From Chthoniobacteraceae bacterium (GTDB lineage Bacteria > Verrucomicrobiota > Verrucomicrobiia > Chthoniobacterales > Chthoniobacteraceae): a stretch of DNA of 49,766 bases. The DNA lies in the NCBI GenBank assembly GCA_031409655.1, contig JANNXQ010000299.1, forward strand, positions 1 through 49,766, in the 5' to 3' direction. The notes below the pieces were generated by a model. That model was not told where the DNA came from, searched no databases, and saw nothing but the letters and a program-made list of their open reading frames with translations. Below are positions 8,427 to 18,929 of the stretch, one piece after another. A program made the translations under genes and the position numbers. How positions within the stretch are numbered: position 1 is the first letter of the stretch; each line of letters begins with the position of its first letter.

Positions 8427-8881
8427 GGGATGAAGGAGCGGCAGAGTGACGGCTCGCGCGGGATTGGAAAAGGCGATTGTCATCAGTCGATCCAGTTCGC
8501 CTTCACCCTGCTCGGTGCCATCCTCGCGCTGACCGTCGATCCGCGCTTTGCCCTCCCCCCGTGCTCACCGGTCTCGGGCTCCTCATCGCGAAAATGCCGT
8601 GGAATCGCAGCGCGAGCGCGGCGAACTGCGCGCGCTGAACTGATTGTTGGATCCGCGCGGGCTGCGTTCTGGCCATGGCCCTGGGGTGGATGCGGGCACT
8701 TTGCATTTCCCGAAATGGCGATGGTCAGGATTGTCTCCGACGCCGCGTTGGAGTTGCATCCATGTCCCACCATCATGAAGCCACCTTGCGCACGCTCTTC
8801 TCCGCGCACCTCCGCAATGCTCTCTTCATTCCGCGAGGACCCCAAGCTCACCCTGGTTCATTTTGCGCTGACCACCTGCCC

Positions 8882-11641
8882 GTGAAATTCCTCGTCACCG
8901 CCGTCGTGTTTGCCTCCGCGGCATCGCTGGGGGCGGCCACTTTTGAAAAAGACATCCTGCCCCTGCTGGAGACCCATTGCCTTGATTGCCACGACGCTGA
9001 CGCGAAGAAGGGCGACCTCGATCTTTCGCGCTTCACCGACGAAGCCGCGGCGATGCAGGACCGCGCGATCTGGCGTTCGGTGTTTGAAAAGATCGAGTCG
9101 CACCAGATGCCGCCGCCGAAACGGAAGTCGCAACCGACCGCGGGGGATCGGCAGCAATTCATGACCTGGATCAGCGACATCGCTGCGCGGCCCGACCCAG
9201 CGCTCGGCGCGCGCGATCCCGGCCAGCCCGTGCTGCGCCGCCTCACGCGGCTGGAGTACAACAACACGGTGCGCGATCTCTTCGGACTGGAGATGGATGT
9301 GTTCATGTTTCCCGAGCGGCTGCCGGTTTCGAGCAAGGCGTACTTTCAACCCGCGACGGGAGCGCTCGGTGCGGAGGTCGAGGTGCCGGTGCGCGAGTAT
9401 GGCCTGAAGTATCCCGTGCTCCTCCCGGAGCTCGGCCTGCCCGGCGAAAACCGCGCGGAGCATGGCTTCCGCAATCGCGGCGAGGCCATGAATCTCTCGC
9501 CAATGCTGCTCGAGCAGTATCTCGCCGCCGCGCGCGAGATCGTCCACAGCCCAAAGCTGCCGCAGCTCAGCCGCAGCTTCCGCGCGCTCGTCGCCGATCC
9601 CGCACAGCCATTGCGAGCCGAGGCTGTGGAATCCACTGCCGAAGCCACGGAGCGGGCGCCGGTGTGGGCGGCGGCACAGGAGTTCGCGCCGAATCTGAAT
9701 CTGCCTTTTCAAGCGAAACGCGGCGAGGTGGTGACACGCGATTATCAACTGCGCTTTGCGATGCAGACGGCGGCCGCCGAGGGCACGGGCGGAGTGTGGG
9801 ACGCGAACGCGCGCAGTCTCGTGGTGAAAGCGGGCACGCCACTGCGGGTGCGCTTCGGGCCCGGCGCAACGAAGGCGCTCGTGCTGACGCCGCGCGAAGA
9901 CTTGTGGATCGCCGGCTTCTCGACTGCGGGCGAAACGTCGGGCGAATCGCTCTTCACCAATCACGCGAAGCAGCAGAAGACGCTCACGCTCGCGCTCGGC
10001 CTCGAGGGCGGCGCGGCCACGGAGGGGGTCACGGAACTCGCGGTCTGCGTGCTGAGTCGGGACCAGGAATCGGGGACGGTGGAAGTGACGGCGAAGTTCA
10101 GCGGCGGCGGCTCCGCGCAGCTCGCACACGATCTCATCGAGGGCGGTGGACGCGGGAATACGTTCTTCGCCTTCCGCGCGCCGCCCGGGGAGCACATCGT
10201 CGCATTGCAGGCGGACGGCTCGCGGTTCTCCGGCAACTACGTGCTCTTCGACGATCTCGCCTTCCTCACCGACGGCGCAAACGTCACCGCGCCTGCGCCG
10301 ATCGCCGGGCCGGCGCGGCGCATCAGCGATCGGGAGAAGGGGGCAGTCGTGCGTCAGCGGCTCACGGATTTCCTCGCGCGCGCCTTTCGCCGTCCGCCCT
10401 CGGAGCGCATGGTCGCGCGCTATGCCGGGGTCTTCGACGATGCGCGAAAACGCGGCGCGCCTTTCGACGGTGCGATGAAAGCCGCGCTCGCCGCGGCGCT
10501 CACCTCACCCGAATTTCTCTACCTCGCGGAGGCCGGGGCCGGACGCGGCAAAGTCCGCGCGCTCGATGACTACGAACTGGCCGCGCGACTCTCGTACTTC
10601 CTCTGGTCCGCGCCGCCCGATGAAGCGCTGCGCGCCGCCGCCGCGCGCGGCGAACTCCGCACCGAGGCCGGACTCGCAGCGCAGGCCCTGCGCCTGTTGC
10701 GCGACCCGCGGGTGCGCGAGCTGGGCGAATCCTTTGCCACCCAATGGCTGCGGCTCGATCAACTCACCACCGCCAAGCCCGACCCGAAGCTCTTCCAAGG
10801 TTTCTACAGCGGCCCGCAGGGCAAAGTGACGCTGCACAGCTCGATGCTCGTCGAGGCGCTCCTGCTCTTTGAGACCGTGCTCATCGAGAACCGCAGCGTG
10901 CTCGATTTCCTCGCCGCCGATTACACCTGGCTGAACCCCCGCCTGGCAAAACTCTACCGCATCGCCACCCCGGCGCTCCGTGGAAAGACGAGCGACGGCA
11001 ACGTCCTCATCGACGCCAAACTCAACGCCCGCTGGGTGCGCACTCCCCTCTCCGATCGCGTGCGCGGCGGCTACCTCACCATGGCCGGCCCACTCACGAT
11101 TACGTCGCTGCCCACGCGCACGAGTCCTGTAAAGCGCGGCGCCTGGCTGCTCGAGACCGTCTTCAATCGTCCGCCACAGGAGCCGAAGATCGCCTTCGTT
11201 TTAAAGGAGGACACCCACGCGAAGGCCGAGCCGCAGACGGTGCGCGCGCGCTTTGAGCAGCATCGCAGCGAGCCCGCCTGTTACTCGTGCCACATCCGGC
11301 TCGACCCACCCGGCTTTGCCCTCGAGCGCTTCGATGCCATCGGCGCCTGGCGCGAACGCGATGGCGCGCAGCCGGTCGATGCGCGCGCCGAGTGGAGCGG
11401 CCAGCCCTTCGACGGTCCCGCGCAATACAAGGCGCTCCTCGCCGCGCAACCGCAGGAGTTCACCCGGGGCTTCGTCGAGCATCTGCTGAGCTTCGCGCTC
11501 GCGCGCAAGCTGGAGATTTTCGACATGCTGGCCGTCGCGGAGATTGCGCAGGCCTCGGCCGCAGACGACTGGAGATTCCACCGCGTCATCATCGAGATCG
11601 CGAAGTCGTATCCATTCACCCATACCCGCAGCGCCCCATGA
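8882..11641 (+). CDS. DUF1592-family multidomain protein (planctomycete-type cytochrome c plus DUF1587/1592/1595/1588/1585), copy 1
   Basis: Signal peptide from GTG 8882, HCLDCH, LRRLTRLEYNNTVRDL, ELAARLSYFLWS, RTSPVKRGAW, CYSCH, PPGFALERFDAIG. Confidence 0.9.
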   Translation: MKFLVTAVVFASAASLGAATFEKDILPLLETHCLDCHDADAKKGDLDLSRFTDEAAAMQDRAIWRSVFEKIESHQMPPPKRKSQPTAGDRQQFMTWISDIAARPDPALGARDPGQPVLRRLTRLEYNNTVRDLFGLEMDVFMFPERLPVSSKAYFQPATGALGAEVEVPVREYGLKYPVLLPELGLPGENRAEHGFRNRGEAMNLSPMLLEQYLAAAREIVHSPKLPQLSRSFRALVADPAQPLRAEAVESTAEATERAPVWAAAQEFAPNLNLPFQAKRGEVVTRDYQLRFAMQTAAAEGTGGVWDANARSLVVKAGTPLRVRFGPGATKALVLTPREDLWIAGFSTAGETSGESLFTNHAKQQKTLTLALGLEGGAATEGVTELAVCVLSRDQESGTVEVTAKFSGGGSAQLAHDLIEGGGRGNTFFAFRAPPGEHIVALQADGSRFSGNYVLFDDLAFLTDGANVTAPAPIAGPARRISDREKGAVVRQRLTDFLARAFRRPPSERMVARYAGVFDDARKRGAPFDGAMKAALAAALTSPEFLYLAEAGAGRGKVRALDDYELAARLSYFLWSAPPDEALRAAAARGELRTEAGLAAQALRLLRDPRVRELGESFATQWLRLDQLTTAKPDPKLFQGFYSGPQGKVTLHSSMLVEALLLFETVLIENRSVLDFLAADYTWLNPRLAKLYRIATPALRGKTSDGNVLIDAKLNARWVRTPLSDRVRGGYLTMAGPLTITSLPTRTSPVKRGAWLLETVFNRPPQEPKIAFVLKEDTHAKAEPQTVRARFEQHRSEPACYSCHIRLDPPGFALERFDAIGAWRERDGAQPVDARAEWSGQPFDGPAQYKALLAAQPQEFTRGFVEHLLSFALARKLEIFDMLAVAEIAQASAADDWRFHRVIIEIAKSYPFTHTRSAP

Positions 11642-12879
11642 TGCATCGTCGCCACTTCCTCCGCGCCGCCGGCGTCACGCTCGGCCTGCCTTTTCTCGAA
11701 TCCCTCGCGCGGGCCGTGCCCGTCGCCGCGCCGCGCCGCTTCGCCTTCATCTACACGCCCAATGGCTACCTGCAAAAAGCGCTGCTGCCGGAGAAGGTGG
11801 TCCCGGGCTTCAGCCCGCTCGCCCTCACGCCCACGCTCGAACCGCTCGCCTCCGTGCAAGGCGACATCACGCTCGTCACCGGGCTCGACCGGCAATTTGT
11901 CGGCGGCACCGGGGTCCACGCGCAGTGCGGCTCGTGCTGGCTGACTTCGAGCGCACCGCCGGAGACGCTCGACGGCGGCTTCCCCACCAACACCACCCTC
12001 GATCAACTCATCGCCCGCGAGATCGGCGGCCCGACGCTGCTGCCGTCGCTGGAACTGAGCTGCAACGATTTCACCGATCACAAGGAGACCCGCTACTACG
12101 AAAGTGTGTCGTGGTACGCGCCGGGTTACGCGGCGAACGTGGAGAAAAATCCGCGCGCCGTTTTCCAGCGACTCTTCGGCAAACCTGACGCCGCCGGCAC
12201 CCGCAGCGTGCTCGACGTAGTGCTCGCCGATGCCAGGGCGCTGCACGCGCGACTCGGACGCAGCGACCAGGAAAAGCTCGGCGAATATCTGGACAGCGTC
12301 CGCGCCACCGAGCGGCGGATCGAGACCGCGGAGAAGATTTCCGCACGGATGAAGGTGCCGCCCATCGCTCCGCCCGCGGGCATTCCCGAGACGCGCCGCG
12401 AATATCTGCGCCTGCAAGCCGAGCTGTTCGTGCTCGCCTTTCAAAACGACCTCACCCGCGTGGCCACGCTGGTCGTCGATCCAGAGCGCTGGGATTCGCC
12501 GCGGATGTTTCACGGCCTCTTCGACAAACCGCAGAATCATCACGTCCTCACTCACACCAAAGGCGACGACGCCAAAGCCGCGGTCGCGAAGATCGACCGC
12601 TTCCACATGGAGTTCTACGCCCACGTCATCGCGCGGCTGCGCGCCACCGACCTGCTCGATTCGACCACGCTGGTCATGGGCAGTGGCATCAGCGACGGCG
12701 ACCAGCACAACTACGCCGACCTCCAGGTGCTCATCGCCGGCGGCGGCTGGAAGCGCGGTCACTTCCACTACGCCGGCAAACGGCCGCTCGCGGATCTCTG
12801 GCTGACCATGGCACAACAGGCGGGCGTGAAGCGGGAACGTTTTGCGGACAGCACCGGAACGCTCCACGAACTCCTATGA
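11638..12879 (+). CDS. DUF1552 family protein, copy 1
   Basis: RRHFLRAAGVTLGLPFLES, LPSLELS, NPRAVFQRLFG, SVLDVV, EYLDSVRATERRI, FADSTG. ATGA overlap with the upstream gene. Confidence 0.9.
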   Translation: MMHRRHFLRAAGVTLGLPFLESLARAVPVAAPRRFAFIYTPNGYLQKALLPEKVVPGFSPLALTPTLEPLASVQGDITLVTGLDRQFVGGTGVHAQCGSCWLTSSAPPETLDGGFPTNTTLDQLIAREIGGPTLLPSLELSCNDFTDHKETRYYESVSWYAPGYAANVEKNPRAVFQRLFGKPDAAGTRSVLDVVLADARALHARLGRSDQEKLGEYLDSVRATERRIETAEKISARMKVPPIAPPAGIPETRREYLRLQAELFVLAFQNDLTRVATLVVDPERWDSPRMFHGLFDKPQNHHVLTHTKGDDAKAAVAKIDRFHMEFYAHVIARLRATDLLDSTTLVMGSGISDGDQHNYADLQVLIAGGGWKRGHFHYAGKRPLADLWLTMAQQAGVKRERFADSTGTLHELL

Positions 12880-15113
12880 AAGTCGCCAGCATCCTTTTCA
12901 TCGCACTCGGTAGTCTGGTGTGCGCCGCGCCGCCGCCGCGCGCCGTCGTGGAGCGGTACTGCATCGACTGTCACGACGGCGAGGCGAAGAAGGGCGGCGT
13001 CGATCTGGATGCGATCCTGGGCGAGGACGTCGCGCAGCACGCGAAGGTTTGGGAAAGGGCGATCAAGCAACTCAATGCGCGGCACATGCCGCCTGTGGGC
13101 AAGAAGCGGCCGGATGAGGCGGGATATGCGGAGGTGGTGACGGAATTGACGGCGGAGCTGGATGCGGCGGCGGCGCGGCATCCGGAGCCGGGGCGCACGG
13201 CGACGCTGCGACGGCTGACGCGCACCGAATATCAAAACGCCGTGCGGGATCTCCTGGCGGTCGAGTTCGATGCGCAGGCCGCGCTGCCGGCCGATGAGTC
13301 GAGTCATGGCTTTGACAACATCACCGTGGGCGATCTCCCGCCCGCGCTGCTCGATCGCTACCTCACCGCGGCGCAGAAGATCGCGCGGATGGCGGTGGGA
13401 AATTCGGACAAGCCAGAGATCACGACCGTGCGCGTGCGCGGTGATGTGACGCAGGAGTATCATGTGCCGGGGCTGCCGCTCGGCACGCGTGGCGGGGTGC
13501 TCATCCCGCAGGTGTTCAGCCGCGAGGGCGACTACGAGGTGCAGATCCGACTCCAGCGAGATCGCAATGAGCAGGTCGAGGGCATGCACGGCGCGCAGCG
13601 TCTGCAAATCCTGCTCGATCGCGAGGTCAAGGCGGAGTTCACGGTGAAGCCGGCGAAGGATAAGAACTACGAGAAGATCGACGCGCAGCTCAAAGCGCGG
13701 CTCCACATCGCGGGCGGTCAGCACGATCTCGGGGTCACCTTCCTGCCCGAAGGCGCACCGGTGCTGGAGCGACTGCGCCAGCCTTACCAGGCGAGCTTCA
13801 ATTTGCACCGTCATCCGCGACTCTCGCCAGCGGTTTATCAGGTGACGATCACCGGGCCGTACGATGCGCGTGGGTCCGGTGATACGCCGAGTCGGCGTTT
13901 GATCTTCGGCAGCGGACGCACCGACGCCAGCGCGGTGCTCGCACCGATTCTGCGCCGCGCGTGGCGGCGTCCGGTGACGGAGGAAGATCTCGCGCGGGTG
14001 CTGCCCTTCGCCCAGGAGGCGCCGAGCTTTGAAGCCGGCATCGAAGCGGCCCTCGCGGCGATCCTGGTCAGTCGCGAGTTTCTTTTCCGCACCGAGGCCG
14101 ATCAGCCGCAGTCGCCCTACCGCCTCAGGGATCTGGAACTCGCCTCGCGCCTCTCCTTTTTCCTCTGGAGCAGCATTCCCGATGACACGCTTTTAGAGGG
14201 ACCGCTCGATGTGGAAAGACAAGCGCGCCGCATGTTGCGTGATCCGCGCGCGAAGTCGCTGGTCACCAACTTCGCCGACCAGTGGCTGTATCTGCGCAAT
14301 CTCGAATCCATCACGCCGGATGCGCGCCTCTTCCCGGACTTCGATCACAACCTGCGCGAATCGCTGCGCACCGAGACCAGCCTGCTCTTTGACGACATCC
14401 TGCAAAACGACCGCAGCGTGCTGGAACTGCTGCGCACCGATCGCACCTGGCTCGACGAACGCCTCGCCGCGCACTACGGCATCCCGCACATCCATGGCAG
14501 CCGCTTTCGCGAAGTGAAGCTCGAGCCCGCATGGCAGCGCGGCGGCCTGCTGCGCCAAGGCAGCGTGCTCACGGTCACCTCATATGCCACGCGCACTTCG
14601 CCGGTGATTCGCGGACATTGGATTTTGAAAAACCTGCTCGGCACGCCGCCACCACCGCCACCCGCGGATGTGCCCGCGCTCGATGGCGTGATCTCCGAGT
14701 CCCTGCCCATCCGCGAACGCCTCGCCAAGCATCGCGAAAACGCCGCGTGCGCGAGTTGCCACAATGTCATGGACCCGGTCGGTTTCGCGCTGGAGCACTA
14801 CGACGCCATCGGCCGCTGGCATGATCTCGTCGAAGGTCGCAAGGTCGATGCGCGGGGAGGGTTTGCGGATGGCAGCGAGTTTGACGGCGTGGATGGTTTG
14901 GAGGCAGTGCTCTTAAAACGCTCGGAACTTTTCGTGACCACGCTCACCGAAAAACTTCTCACCTTCGCCCTCGGTCGCGGCCTGGAAGCGCACGACGCGC
15001 CTGCCGTGCGCCAGATCGTGCGCCGTGCGGAGGAGAATGGCTGGAAATTTTCTGAGATCATTGTCGGGATTTCCGCCAGTGTTCCGTTTACCATGAGATC
15101 CTCCGCCCCATGA
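12876..15113 (+). CDS. DUF1592-family multidomain protein, copy 2
   Basis: YCIDCH, LRRLTRTEYQNAVRDLL, ELASRLSFFLWSSIPD, RTSPVIRGHW, CASCH, MDPVGFALEHYDAIG. Confidence 0.92.
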   Translation: MKVASILFIALGSLVCAAPPPRAVVERYCIDCHDGEAKKGGVDLDAILGEDVAQHAKVWERAIKQLNARHMPPVGKKRPDEAGYAEVVTELTAELDAAAARHPEPGRTATLRRLTRTEYQNAVRDLLAVEFDAQAALPADESSHGFDNITVGDLPPALLDRYLTAAQKIARMAVGNSDKPEITTVRVRGDVTQEYHVPGLPLGTRGGVLIPQVFSREGDYEVQIRLQRDRNEQVEGMHGAQRLQILLDREVKAEFTVKPAKDKNYEKIDAQLKARLHIAGGQHDLGVTFLPEGAPVLERLRQPYQASFNLHRHPRLSPAVYQVTITGPYDARGSGDTPSRRLIFGSGRTDASAVLAPILRRAWRRPVTEEDLARVLPFAQEAPSFEAGIEAALAAILVSREFLFRTEADQPQSPYRLRDLELASRLSFFLWSSIPDDTLLEGPLDVERQARRMLRDPRAKSLVTNFADQWLYLRNLESITPDARLFPDFDHNLRESLRTETSLLFDDILQNDRSVLELLRTDRTWLDERLAAHYGIPHIHGSRFREVKLEPAWQRGGLLRQGSVLTVTSYATRTSPVIRGHWILKNLLGTPPPPPPADVPALDGVISESLPIRERLAKHRENAACASCHNVMDPVGFALEHYDAIGRWHDLVEGRKVDARGGFADGSEFDGVDGLEAVLLKRSELFVTTLTEKLLTFALGRGLEAHDAPAVRQIVRRAEENGWKFSEIIVGISASVPFTMRSSAP

Positions 15114-16444
15114 GCACCTACACCACCCGCCACACCCTCTCCCGTCGCACCCTGCTCCGCGGGATCGGGGCCACGCTGTCGCTGCCATTTCTCGATGCCA
15201 TGGTGCCGGCGGTCACGGCGGCGAGTCGCGCCGTGCGGCCAGCAAAGCGGCTCGGCTACGTTTATATTCCGATGGGTTGCGACATCACGCGCTGGACGCC
15301 CGGTGTCGGCAGCGGGAATCAACTCGGAGAACTCTCTCCCATCCTGCGAGCGCTGGAGCCGGTGAAGCAGCACTGCACCGTCCTTTCCAATCTCGAACTC
15401 GAGCCCGCGTATCCCGGCACCCACGCCACGTCGAACGCCTCCTTCCTCAGCGCCGCGCGGGTGAAACACACCGAGAGCAGCGACTACTTTAACGGCACCA
15501 CGGCCGACCAGATCGCGGCGAAGGCCATGGGACAGGAGACGCAGCTGCCATCGCTCGAGCTGGCGATGGATCTGATGCAAGTCGTCGGCCAGTGCGACAA
15601 TGGCTTCGCTTGCGTTTATCAAAACAACCTCTCGTGGTCTTCACCCACGACGCCGCTTCCCGCCGAGGCGCATCCGCGGCTCGTCTTCGAGCAGCTCTTC
15701 GGTGATGGCGGGAGCAAGGCCGAGCGGCAGGCCGCCCTGCGTCGTCGCGGCAGCCTGCTCGATTTTGTGAAGGACGACATGAGCCGCCTCGCGCGGCAAC
15801 TCGGGCCGCAGGATCGCGACCGCGTGAATCATTACTTGGAAAGTGTGCGTGAGGTGGAGCGCCGCATCGGGAAGGCGGAGGCCGCCGTCGCCGAAAGCGC
15901 CCTGCCGGATCTCGAACGGCCGAGCGGCGTCCCCGCCAGCTACGCGGAGCACGCGCGGCTGATGTTCGATCTCCAGGTGCTCGCGATGCAGGGCGATGTC
16001 ACGCGCGTCATCACTTTCCAGCTCGCTCGTGAGACCAGCAATCGCACCTACCCCGAGATCGGCGTCAGCGATCCGCACCACCCGCTTTCCCATCACGGCA
16101 ATGATCCCGCGAAGATCGAGCGCCTCGCGAAGATCAATGCCTTTCACGTGAGCCTCTTCGCCGAATACCTCGCGAAACTCGCCGCGACGAAGGAAGCTGA
16201 TGGCTCGCTGCTCGATCACAGCCTCATCCTTTACGGCAGCGGCATGGGTAATCCGAACGTCCACGACCACACAAATCTCCCGGTCATCGTCGCGGGCGGC
16301 GCCAGCGCGGGCGCGAAAGGCGGACGCCACCTGCGTTCCGAGAAGACCGTGCCACTCGCGAATTTGCATCTCACGCTGTTGGATAAAGCCGGGGTGAAGC
16401 TGGAGAAATTCGGCGATAGCAGCGGCGTGATCGAGGTGCTGTGA
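15110..16444 (+). CDS. DUF1552 family protein, copy 2
   Basis: LSRRTLLRGIGATLSLPFLDAM, CVYQNNLSWSSPTTPLP, HHPLSHH, GSGMGNPNVHDH, NLHLTLL. Confidence 0.92.
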   Translation: MSTYTTRHTLSRRTLLRGIGATLSLPFLDAMVPAVTAASRAVRPAKRLGYVYIPMGCDITRWTPGVGSGNQLGELSPILRALEPVKQHCTVLSNLELEPAYPGTHATSNASFLSAARVKHTESSDYFNGTTADQIAAKAMGQETQLPSLELAMDLMQVVGQCDNGFACVYQNNLSWSSPTTPLPAEAHPRLVFEQLFGDGGSKAERQAALRRRGSLLDFVKDDMSRLARQLGPQDRDRVNHYLESVREVERRIGKAEAAVAESALPDLERPSGVPASYAEHARLMFDLQVLAMQGDVTRVITFQLARETSNRTYPEIGVSDPHHPLSHHGNDPAKIERLAKINAFHVSLFAEYLAKLAATKEADGSLLDHSLILYGSGMGNPNVHDHTNLPVIVAGGASAGAKGGRHLRSEKTVPLANLHLTLLDKAGVKLEKFGDSSGVIEVL

Positions 16445-17922
16445 AGGCTTTCACGTTTCTGTGGTTTCTCCTCAGCGTCGCCGCACTCGCGGTCGAGCTT
16501 CCGGATGCCGCGGAGAAACGGGACTGGGCGCGCACCGAGGCGCTGCTCTCGGCAAAATCCGAGGTGAATGCCGCGCAGGCCGATGGCACGACGGCCCTGC
16601 ATTGGGCCGCGTATCACGACAAGCTGGACATCGTCACTCAACTGCTCGCGACGGGTGCGAAGGCTGATCCGGCGAATCGTTACGGCATCACGCCGCTGCT
16701 CCTCGCCGGTCAAAACGGGAGCGAAGACATCGTGCGAGTGCTCTTGAATGCTGGAGCGGATGCCAACGCGAAACAGCGCGGTGGCGAGACCGCGCTGATG
16801 ATCGCCGCGCGCACCGGCAGACGCGGTGCGGTGCAGGTGCTGCTCGAACGCGGAGCGAAGATCGAAGCGAAGGATCACGAAGGACAGACGGCCATCATGT
16901 GGGCGGCGGCGGCAGGACATGCGGCGGTGATCGAGGCCCTTATCCGGGCTGGTGCAGATTTCCGCGCACCGCTGAAGTCCGGCTTCACCCCGCTGCTTTT
17001 CGCCGCCCGAGAGGGCCACGGCGCTGCGGTGTCCACTTTGCTCAAAGCCGGTGCTGATCCGCGCGAAGCCATCGTCACCGAGGAGAAAACCGGTGGCCGT
17101 GACGCTCCGAATGGAACCAGCGCCGTCGATTTCGCGATTGAAAATGGCCACTTCGAACTCGCCATGGCGCTGGTCAAAGCGGGCGCCGATCCCAGCGATC
17201 AGCGCAGTGGAGTTTCGCCCTTGCATCGCCTCACCTGGGTCCGCCGTCCGCCGCGGGGCGACGACGAGAGTGGGCAGCCACCGCCAGAGACGCACGGAAG
17301 CCTGACCAGTCTCGATTTCATCCGCGCGCTCGTCGCCGCCGGTGCCGATGCGAACGCCACGCTCACCGCCCGCGCCAAACCGCGCGCCTCTGGCTCCATC
17401 AACTTCACCGGAGCCACGCCCTTCCTCCTCGCCTGCCGCAACGCCGACCTGCCGATGATGAAACTCCTCGTCGCCCTCGGTGCCGACCCACAGCGGCCGA
17501 ATGCCGACGGCTCCACCCCGCTCATGGCGGCCGCGGGCCTCGGCTGTTTCGCGCCCGACGAAGAGCCGGGCACTGATGACGAATGCGTGGCCGCCTGCGA
17601 GTATCTGCTCAGCCTCGGAGCCGACCTCAACGCCGTGGACAAAAACCAGCAAACCGTGCTGCACGCCGCAGCTTACAAGAGCCTCCCAAAGGTCGCCAAA
17701 TTCCTCGCTGCCCGCGGCGCGAAGGTCGAAGTGTGGAATCAAAAGAACGACAAGGGCTGGACGCCGCTGCTCATCGCGCAGGGCTTTCGCCCGGGGAACT
17801 TCAAGCCGAGCGTGCCCACGATCGAGGCGATCATTGAAGTAATGCTGGCCGCCGGAGTGCCGCCGCCGCCCGCGCCGGATCGCGAGGCGCTGCCGAAGAA
17901 AAAGGGCTACGAGAACCGCTAG
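16441..17922 (+). CDS. Exported ankyrin-repeat protein
   Basis: Signal peptide followed by many ankyrin repeats (GTTALHWAA, GITPLLLA, GETALMIAA, GQTAIMWAA, GFTPLLFAA, GSTPLMAAA). Confidence 0.92.
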   Translation: MKAFTFLWFLLSVAALAVELPDAAEKRDWARTEALLSAKSEVNAAQADGTTALHWAAYHDKLDIVTQLLATGAKADPANRYGITPLLLAGQNGSEDIVRVLLNAGADANAKQRGGETALMIAARTGRRGAVQVLLERGAKIEAKDHEGQTAIMWAAAAGHAAVIEALIRAGADFRAPLKSGFTPLLFAAREGHGAAVSTLLKAGADPREAIVTEEKTGGRDAPNGTSAVDFAIENGHFELAMALVKAGADPSDQRSGVSPLHRLTWVRRPPRGDDESGQPPPETHGSLTSLDFIRALVAAGADANATLTARAKPRASGSINFTGATPFLLACRNADLPMMKLLVALGADPQRPNADGSTPLMAAAGLGCFAPDEEPGTDDECVAACEYLLSLGADLNAVDKNQQTVLHAAAYKSLPKVAKFLAARGAKVEVWNQKNDKGWTPLLIAQGFRPGNFKPSVPTIEAIIEVMLAAGVPPPPAPDREALPKKKGYENR

Positions 17923-17929
17923 CTCCACG

Positions 17930-18916
17930 ATGAAACGCATCGCGATCACCATGGGCGACCCGGCCGGGGTCGGGCCGGAAGTCTGCCTGCATCTCCTCGC
18001 CAATACCGAGATCGCGGCTGAGTGCGTGCCGATCGTCTTCGGCGATGCAGCCGTGCTCCGTGCGTGTGCGGCGAAATGTAGATTGCCCTTCGCCGTGCCG
18101 GTGCTTTCGCCCGCGGATTGGTCGCGCGACTTTTCCACCGTCACGCGCCCGAGCGTGCTCGATCTCGGCGTCATCGCACTCGATGCCTTCACGCCCGGCG
18201 CGAGCAATGCCGCCACCGGCGCCGCGGGCTACACCTATGTGAACCGCGCCATCGACGCCGCGCTCGCGAGCCAGGTCGCCGCCGTCTCCACCGGGCCGCT
18301 AAACAAGGAAGCCATGCACATGGCGGGAATCAATTTTCCCGGCCACACCGAGATCTTCGCCGCGCGCACCGGCGCCGCGCGCTGGTGCATGATGCAGTAT
18401 TCGGAAGAGATCACCTGCACCTTCGTCACCGTGCATGTGGGCTACCGCGAAGTGCCCGCGCTGCTCACGCAGGAGCGCATTCTCGAAGTCATCGAACTGA
18501 CCGCCGAAGGCTTGCAGCGCATCCGCGGGCGCGCGCCGAAGATCGTCGTCTGCGGACTGAATCCGCACGCGGGCGAGCACGGCCTCTTCGGTGATCGCGA
18601 GGAGGAGCGCATCATCCTCCCGGCCATCGAAGCCGCGCGCGCAAAGGGCCACGACGTCGAAGGCCCGGTGCCGCCCGACACCGCCTTCCTGCCGTGGAAG
18701 CGCAAGGCGACCGACGCCTTCGTCTGCATGTATCACGATCAAGGTCACATCCCGGTGAAGGCGCTCGCCTTTGACTGCGCGGTGAATACGACGCTCGGCC
18801 TGCCGATCGTCCGCACCAGCGTCGATCACGGCACCGCGCTCGACATCGCGTGGCAGGGCCAGGCGAATCCGAGCAGCCTCTTTCACGCCGTCCGTCTCGC
18901 GGTGCGCCTCGCTTGA
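17930..18916 (+). CDS. pdxA: 4-hydroxythreonine-4-phosphate dehydrogenase family protein (PdxA/PdxA2)
   Basis: ITMGDPAGVGPE, FPGHTE, GLNPHAGE, MYHDQGHIPVK, RTSVDHGTA. Confidence 0.93.
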   Translation: MKRIAITMGDPAGVGPEVCLHLLANTEIAAECVPIVFGDAAVLRACAAKCRLPFAVPVLSPADWSRDFSTVTRPSVLDLGVIALDAFTPGASNAATGAAGYTYVNRAIDAALASQVAAVSTGPLNKEAMHMAGINFPGHTEIFAARTGAARWCMMQYSEEITCTFVTVHVGYREVPALLTQERILEVIELTAEGLQRIRGRAPKIVVCGLNPHAGEHGLFGDREEERIILPAIEAARAKGHDVEGPVPPDTAFLPWKRKATDAFVCMYHDQGHIPVKALAFDCAVNTTLGLPIVRTSVDHGTALDIAWQGQANPSSLFHAVRLAVRLA

Positions 18917-18929
18917 ACATCTGATCTTC

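Noticed and set aside
8427..8881. Possible small genes or fragments in the divergent intergenic region, and the extended DUF1592 start at 8675
   Set aside because: Short peptide-like stretches (e.g. LLGAILALTVDPRFAL) could not be assigned to any family. The signal peptide argues for the GTG at 8882.
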